Positions 32,556 to 37,172 of a stretch of 37,172 bases of DNA are shown in pieces (position 1 is the stretch's first letter; each line of letters opens with the position of its first letter). Source of the DNA: a virus; the IMG/VR virus record IMGVR_UViG_3300001832_000005; one strand, 5' to 3'. Both the position numbers and the translations under genes were made by a program. Below the pieces are notes generated by a model. The model saw nothing but the letters and a program-made list of their open reading frames with translations, had not been told where the DNA came from and did no database searches.

Positions 32556-33503
32556 ATGGCTGTCAACAACACCAACACGTTTACTAATCACACAGGAAAC
32601 GGAACTGAAGTTAATTTTGCTATTAGCTTTTCATACATATCCATTCTAGGAATAACTGTAACAATAGATGAAGTAATCAAAACTATTGATACTGACTATA
32701 CAATTACAGGTCAACAATTAACTTTTGTTACTGCTCCTGCAAATGGTGTTGCGATTAAGTTTCAAAGAAATACTGATATTAGTTTGCCAGTTGTTGACTT
32801 TCAAGATGGTTCAGTTCTTACAGAGCTTGATCTTGATACAGGATTAAGACAGGTATTGTTTGCACAGCAAGAAAATGCAGATGACGCAGCAGCAGGAATT
32901 GTACCAGACGGAGAACATCTAACAGCTAACGGAAAAAGAATAGGTGGTGTAGAAAGCCCTGTCAGTGACACAGATGTTGCAAACAAAGCGTACACAGATT
33001 TATTTTTAAAGAGAGATGGCTCGTTACCTTTAACAGGAGAGGTTAATTCAGGCGGTAATAAAATAACAAACTTAGGAGATGCAACAAATGCAAATGACGC
33101 TGTTACAAAAGGGCAACTAGACGCAGGTATTGGAAATGCTCAATCTGCTGTTAATACATCAACTACCAAAGCACAAGAAGCATCTGACTCCGCAGATGAC
33201 GCACAAGGCTTTGCAAATGAAGCAAAAGGTTATAGAGATGAAGCTAATGTTGCAAAAGGTATTGCTCAAAATTTAGCTAGAGTTTCAGTATTTTTAGGTT
33301 TTAAACGTGAAGATGATGGAATGTTAGTAATGGAATATAGCACCGCAGCAGATCAATTATCCCCACAAAAGGTTTACAAAACAGAAGATTATTACCAAAA
33401 TGGGGCAAGTCATGCTTTCTTCTTAGGAGAAGATATACTAAACTCAAATGGTATTCCTGCTATTAGTTTTGATTACACTGGCACCCTTATCCTTGACATT
33501 TAA
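32556..33503 (+). CDS. Tail fibre/adaptor with a T7 gp17-like N-terminal tail-attachment domain (315 aa)
   Basis: FTNHTGNGTEVNFAISFSY..., DFQDGSVLTELDLD and NGKRIGGVESPVSDTDVANKAYTD parallel the T7 gp17 N-domain. Confidence 0.88.
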   Translation: MAVNNTNTFTNHTGNGTEVNFAISFSYISILGITVTIDEVIKTIDTDYTITGQQLTFVTAPANGVAIKFQRNTDISLPVVDFQDGSVLTELDLDTGLRQVLFAQQENADDAAAGIVPDGEHLTANGKRIGGVESPVSDTDVANKAYTDLFLKRDGSLPLTGEVNSGGNKITNLGDATNANDAVTKGQLDAGIGNAQSAVNTSTTKAQEASDSADDAQGFANEAKGYRDEANVAKGIAQNLARVSVFLGFKREDDGMLVMEYSTAADQLSPQKVYKTEDYYQNGASHAFFLGEDILNSNGIPAISFDYTGTLILDI

Positions 33504-33505
33504 TT

Positions 33506-36500
33506 ATGGCACAAATTGATTTAGGCAAACTTAAGTTTAACTTCATGGGGGAGTGGAACAATAGCACTGCCTACAAAAAAGATGACGTAGTTTATTACGA
33601 AGGTTCAACTTATGTTTATAGGTCAGATGTAAACGCAAACGCAGGAACACCACCTCAAAATACACATCTTGGCAGTGTTTGTGATTTGATGGCACTGGGT
33701 ATTAATTATAGAGGAGCTTGGCAAAGTGGAACTAATTACTACAAAGGAGATTTAGTTGATTGGCAAAATGCAAAATATTTATTTATAGGTACTGGAAATA
33801 ATAACGTAAATACTTTTAGTCCTACCGCAGCAGGTTATACAAGTCTTTGGTCAGTGTTTATTCCTGCCAACCCTGCTGATGTTTTAACAACAAGTGGCGA
33901 CTTGTTAATGAGAGAGAATGACGGAGTAGCAAATGTAAGATTGCCAGTAGGTAAGAAAGGACAATCTATAACAGTAATAGAAAAACCAGACCAAGATATA
34001 CCAAACGATAAAAACTTTGACTATGCTCCTTTTACTGGTAATGGAGATGCCCTTGGTTCTGGTATGGTTAGGTGGTTACTAGGAGATGAGAGAGAAACTT
34101 ATGAATCAATTACTTATACAGTTACAGTGGCAACAGGTGCTAGTAATACAAATCAGTTTCACATGAGTGGAGGTAGTCTTTCTGGAACTGTTGAAAGACC
34201 TACACTAGATATAAAGATTGGGTCACAATATATCTTTGATGTTAGTGACGCTAGTAATACAGGTCATGTTTTAGCTTTTAGACACTGGACAGGTAGTTCT
34301 TATCCAGAAGTTGCTGTTGAAGCTGAGATGGGTATAACAAGATCAGGAACAGCAGGTCAGGCAGGAGCAACAATAACTTGGGTTCCTACACCTGCTTCTC
34401 AATATGTTTTAAGATATTTCTGCTCTGTTCACTCAAGTATGAGTGATGGTATTTTTGCTACTAACTTTACTAGAGGACAGCAATTCCCTAAGATTTACAG
34501 ATCGCCAACACAAACTACTGCTGTCAAACTTTCAAAAGGAAAAACTTATTCATTTACGTTTCCTGCGAACCAAAGAACTTACTCAATAAAAGATACTGCT
34601 GACTCAAACTATAACCCAACTCTTACAGGTGGTCGTTATGAAAAAGGAGTCAGCCCAACCTCTGTTACTAATGGAGGAACTATAAGTTTTACTGTTCCTG
34701 ATGATGCACCACAAACATTAAGTTTAGAAGATCAAAACGGAGGAGGAGATGCTCTGACTTTCAGTATTAAAGATAGAGCTTTTGTTCCTTCTTATGGAGG
34801 TGGAGATTTTAGTGAAAAAAGTGTTCTTAGTTCTGTAAAAGAAAACTATCAACAAAACACAGCAGGAATACTTCAATTTAATAATTTCATTAACCAAGCA
34901 GGTAATACATATACAGAATCAATAAAAGCTTTACCTGATTATTTGAAGAAGGTAGGTCGAGGGTATGTGTATGGTTGTAACTCTGGAATGTATAGACAGG
35001 GTGGATATATAGGAAAGAGAGAAACTCATTTATGGGGTAACTTTTACCATGATGGTAACGATTATGTATATGGTGGTGGTGTTGGATTAGATGGAAACAA
35101 CGCAACTAATGGTAGTAGATGGCACCCAAACAAAGGAAGTAAGGTACAAGGCTACAAGCTAAGACAGGCACTAGCAGGTAATCCTGACTATGCTCATCTT
35201 CTTACAGATTTGCTTGGTAATAATTGCGATATGTTAGATGATAGCGGAAACATAGTTCATAGATTTCCTAAAGTTTTATCAGTTCATGGTAATAGAGCTA
35301 TCAAATATCATTTATGTGAAAATGGTATGGTCTGGTTTAGTGGATATAACGGATATGGATTAATGGGAGATGGAGGAACTAGAGATAGAAACGAAGTGCA
35401 AGCACCTATGAAATGGTATGACGAAAGTACATCTGAATTAAAAGGCACTAACTATCCAAAAATTAAACAGCTAGTAACTACTCATGGTCATACTATGGAC
35501 ACTAATAGTACTGATTATGGTTCAACTTACGCAGTAGATATAAACGGATTTTTATACAGTTGGGGTTACAACGGATATGGACAGTTAGGAGATGGAACTA
35601 ATAACGGAAATAACTACGCAAAGAGAGTACCCGCTAGTGTATTTAATAATGAGAAAGTATTATATGTAACTTGTAGTGGCTATAGATATACACACGTTAT
35701 GGTTATTACTGAATCAGGTAAGTGTTGGGCAACAGGTTATGGAGATCAAGGTCAACTAGGATTAAATAACACATCTAGTAGAAATGAGTTTGCTGAAGTA
35801 ACAGCAGTTAGCGGTTCTCCTTTAAATGGCAAGAAAATAATTCACATAATAATGAACCAAGATGCTGACGCAGAAGGTAGAACATGGTGGTTAACAGACG
35901 AAGGTAAGGTTTATTACGCAGGTTACTTTAGAGATTACGGACAGCAAACAGGTGTGTATGACTCTAGCGGTTCGGGAACTAATGGTATGCCTAGAATACT
36001 TACTAACTCAAGTACTCTATGGAATAGTGATGACCAAAAAGTTATTTATATGGTTTGTACTAATGTCAGATATTCAACTTTATGGTTTATAACAGATGGC
36101 GGTTCTACTGGTATGGAACAGAAAATATACTCAACAGCATCTAATTACTATGGAGTACAAGGAACTAATAATTCTCCTAATAGCCATACTAACTCTCCAT
36201 CTTTAGGTGGTTGGTTTGGTGGAGAAATATTGTTCTCTGACTTTGGAGACTTTGAAGATGGTGGAGATAACAGCAGACCGAATGAAGCTATAGGTAACTG
36301 GTCTAGTTTCCAAGATGGTGGTAGTAATGAAAAGAAAATGAAGATAGGTAAAATAATTGAGATTATTCCTAGAGGTACACCTGAGAATACATATAACTCT
36401 GTTGTCGTAATGGACGAGTTCGGTTCATTATTCTTTGCAGGTTATTGGAACTACACACCAAGTAGATCAAATGAAAATGATGGACAGCATTATTTAATAT

Positions 36501-36733
36501 ATCAAAATCACTGGGTTCCTTATTTTATTCACTGGCCTGACCAACCTTCACAATGTATGGAAAATGGATTCTGTCATCTTGGATATGGTACAGAAAATGG
36601 TTGGTTCTGGTTAAGTAGATTTGGAGATGTATATACAGGTGGAGATAATTCTTGGTATCAGCAATCAGATTACAATAGTAGTGGATATGATTGCGGATTC
36701 CCAAGTTGGACTACACTAGATACAAACGGATAA
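33506..36733 (+). CDS. Receptor-binding tail fibre (1075 aa): CBM5/12-like repeats, cupredoxin-like domain, RCC1-like propeller
   Basis: Position is after the adaptor gene. Domain motifs are listed in the findings. Confidence 0.75.
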   Translation: MAQIDLGKLKFNFMGEWNNSTAYKKDDVVYYEGSTYVYRSDVNANAGTPPQNTHLGSVCDLMALGINYRGAWQSGTNYYKGDLVDWQNAKYLFIGTGNNNVNTFSPTAAGYTSLWSVFIPANPADVLTTSGDLLMRENDGVANVRLPVGKKGQSITVIEKPDQDIPNDKNFDYAPFTGNGDALGSGMVRWLLGDERETYESITYTVTVATGASNTNQFHMSGGSLSGTVERPTLDIKIGSQYIFDVSDASNTGHVLAFRHWTGSSYPEVAVEAEMGITRSGTAGQAGATITWVPTPASQYVLRYFCSVHSSMSDGIFATNFTRGQQFPKIYRSPTQTTAVKLSKGKTYSFTFPANQRTYSIKDTADSNYNPTLTGGRYEKGVSPTSVTNGGTISFTVPDDAPQTLSLEDQNGGGDALTFSIKDRAFVPSYGGGDFSEKSVLSSVKENYQQNTAGILQFNNFINQAGNTYTESIKALPDYLKKVGRGYVYGCNSGMYRQGGYIGKRETHLWGNFYHDGNDYVYGGGVGLDGNNATNGSRWHPNKGSKVQGYKLRQALAGNPDYAHLLTDLLGNNCDMLDDSGNIVHRFPKVLSVHGNRAIKYHLCENGMVWFSGYNGYGLMGDGGTRDRNEVQAPMKWYDESTSELKGTNYPKIKQLVTTHGHTMDTNSTDYGSTYAVDINGFLYSWGYNGYGQLGDGTNNGNNYAKRVPASVFNNEKVLYVTCSGYRYTHVMVITESGKCWATGYGDQGQLGLNNTSSRNEFAEVTAVSGSPLNGKKIIHIIMNQDADAEGRTWWLTDEGKVYYAGYFRDYGQQTGVYDSSGSGTNGMPRILTNSSTLWNSDDQKVIYMVCTNVRYSTLWFITDGGSTGMEQKIYSTASNYYGVQGTNNSPNSHTNSPSLGGWFGGEILFSDFGDFEDGGDNSRPNEAIGNWSSFQDGGSNEKKMKIGKIIEIIPRGTPENTYNSVVVMDEFGSLFFAGYWNYTPSRSNENDGQHYLIYQNHWVPYFIHWPDQPSQCMENGFCHLGYGTENGWFWLSRFGDVYTGGDNSWYQQSDYNSSGYDCGFPSWTTLDTNG

Positions 36734-36737
36734 ACTT

Positions 36738-37043
36738 ATGGACGAATTTAAAACTTTTTCTGAAGTCAAATCACTTTATACTAAGTGGTATAAACACGAA
36801 CTAACAGGCAAAACTGCTTCTAACGGAGTGGGTATGATGGAAAAAGTAGCTGATAAAGCTAAAGATAAGCACTGGCTAAAGCTACTTGACCCATTTAAAA
36901 ACGATACAACAGAACTAAAGTATGGAATAGTTGTAGCGGAAGCAAACTTTGACCCTACTAACTGGGTTAATGATTCTGTTACTCTTACTGAAATGACTAC
37001 AGACGAACAAACAGCAGCGAAGAAGTTAGTTAACTGGGATTAA
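36738..37043 (+). CDS. Hypothetical protein (101 aa)
   Basis: ORF track entry, packed 4 nt after the fibre gene. Confidence 0.55.
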   Translation: MDEFKTFSEVKSLYTKWYKHELTGKTASNGVGMMEKVADKAKDKHWLKLLDPFKNDTTELKYGIVVAEANFDPTNWVNDSVTLTEMTTDEQTAAKKLVNWD

Positions 37044-37172
37044 TTGGATTATCCACAAATTGATATACCAGAAAGTTTAGTACCGCCTAAAACAATTTTT
37101 TATCCACCTGTGGCAGACGTTCCATATTTAGACCCTCTACTTCTTCCAAGTCTGGAACAGGTAGAGTCGGGT
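37044..37172 (+). CDS. 5' part of the wrap-around ORF continuing at 1..360 (about 155 aa after removing the 21-nt overlap)
   Basis: The frame is open from TTG at 37044 (GTG at 37110 is an alternative start) to the window end. It is in frame with 1..360 through the shared 21-mer. Confidence 0.5.
   Translation, partial: MDYPQIDIPESLVPPKTIFYPPVADVPYLDPLLLPSLEQVESG
37152..37172. repeat. 21-nt terminal overlap identical to 1..21
   Basis: Exact identity read directly. Confidence 0.9.

Noticed and set aside
32556-36733. Checked the fibre genes for a diversity-generating retroelement (template/variable repeat pair) and the whole window for reverse transcriptase, transposase, tRNA or CRISPR features
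   Set aside because: No reverse transcriptase-like ORF, no long near-identical repeat pair and no other such element was seen by eye. An alignment-based self-comparison would be needed to exclude short diverged repeats.

Overview
The window is a complete, circularly closed phage genome. Its first and last 21 nt are identical (37,151 bp unique), and an ORF reads in frame across the junction. Gene content and order match a T7-like (Autographiviridae-style) podovirus that also carries a tyrosine integrase. The layout runs as follows. (1) A 666-bp non-coding end/origin-like region (4136-4801). (2) Early genes led by an ArdC-like protein and ending with a zinc-ribbon protein plus integrase (4802-9514). 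(3) A single-subunit RNA polymerase (9507-11909). (4) A gp2.5-like SSB, endonuclease I, primase-helicase and gp6-like exonuclease (11978-15531). (5) Portal, scaffold, capsid, tail tubular A/B, gp13/14/15/16-like core proteins, an adaptor fibre and a 1075-aa receptor-binding fibre (15673-37043). (6) Small membrane and unknown proteins. (7) Terminase small and large subunits (2192-4135). No tRNA, rRNA, CRISPR array or transposase was seen. Points worth a second look: (a) a three-gene minus-strand cassette (528-1622) encodes a holin-like membrane protein and two signal-peptide proteins, is bracketed by a 10-bp direct repeat, and is the only antisense coding in the genome; (b) the T7-type replisome has no DNA polymerase gene although the genome is closed; (c) a cupredoxin-like domain with a complete type-1 copper ligand set sits inside the tail fibre, which also carries an RCC1-like propeller; (d) a single SP6/K11/T7-like promoter overlaps the terminase stop codon and is followed by degenerate promoter-core repeats and an origin-like AT-rich dyad; (e) an ArdC-like protein occupies the first-injected gene position; (f) several tiny, extremely basic ORFs lie in the head module; (g) early genes carry strong Shine-Dalgarno sites and late genes do not. 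All functional calls come from reading the translations against remembered family motifs and T7 synteny. No database search was run.
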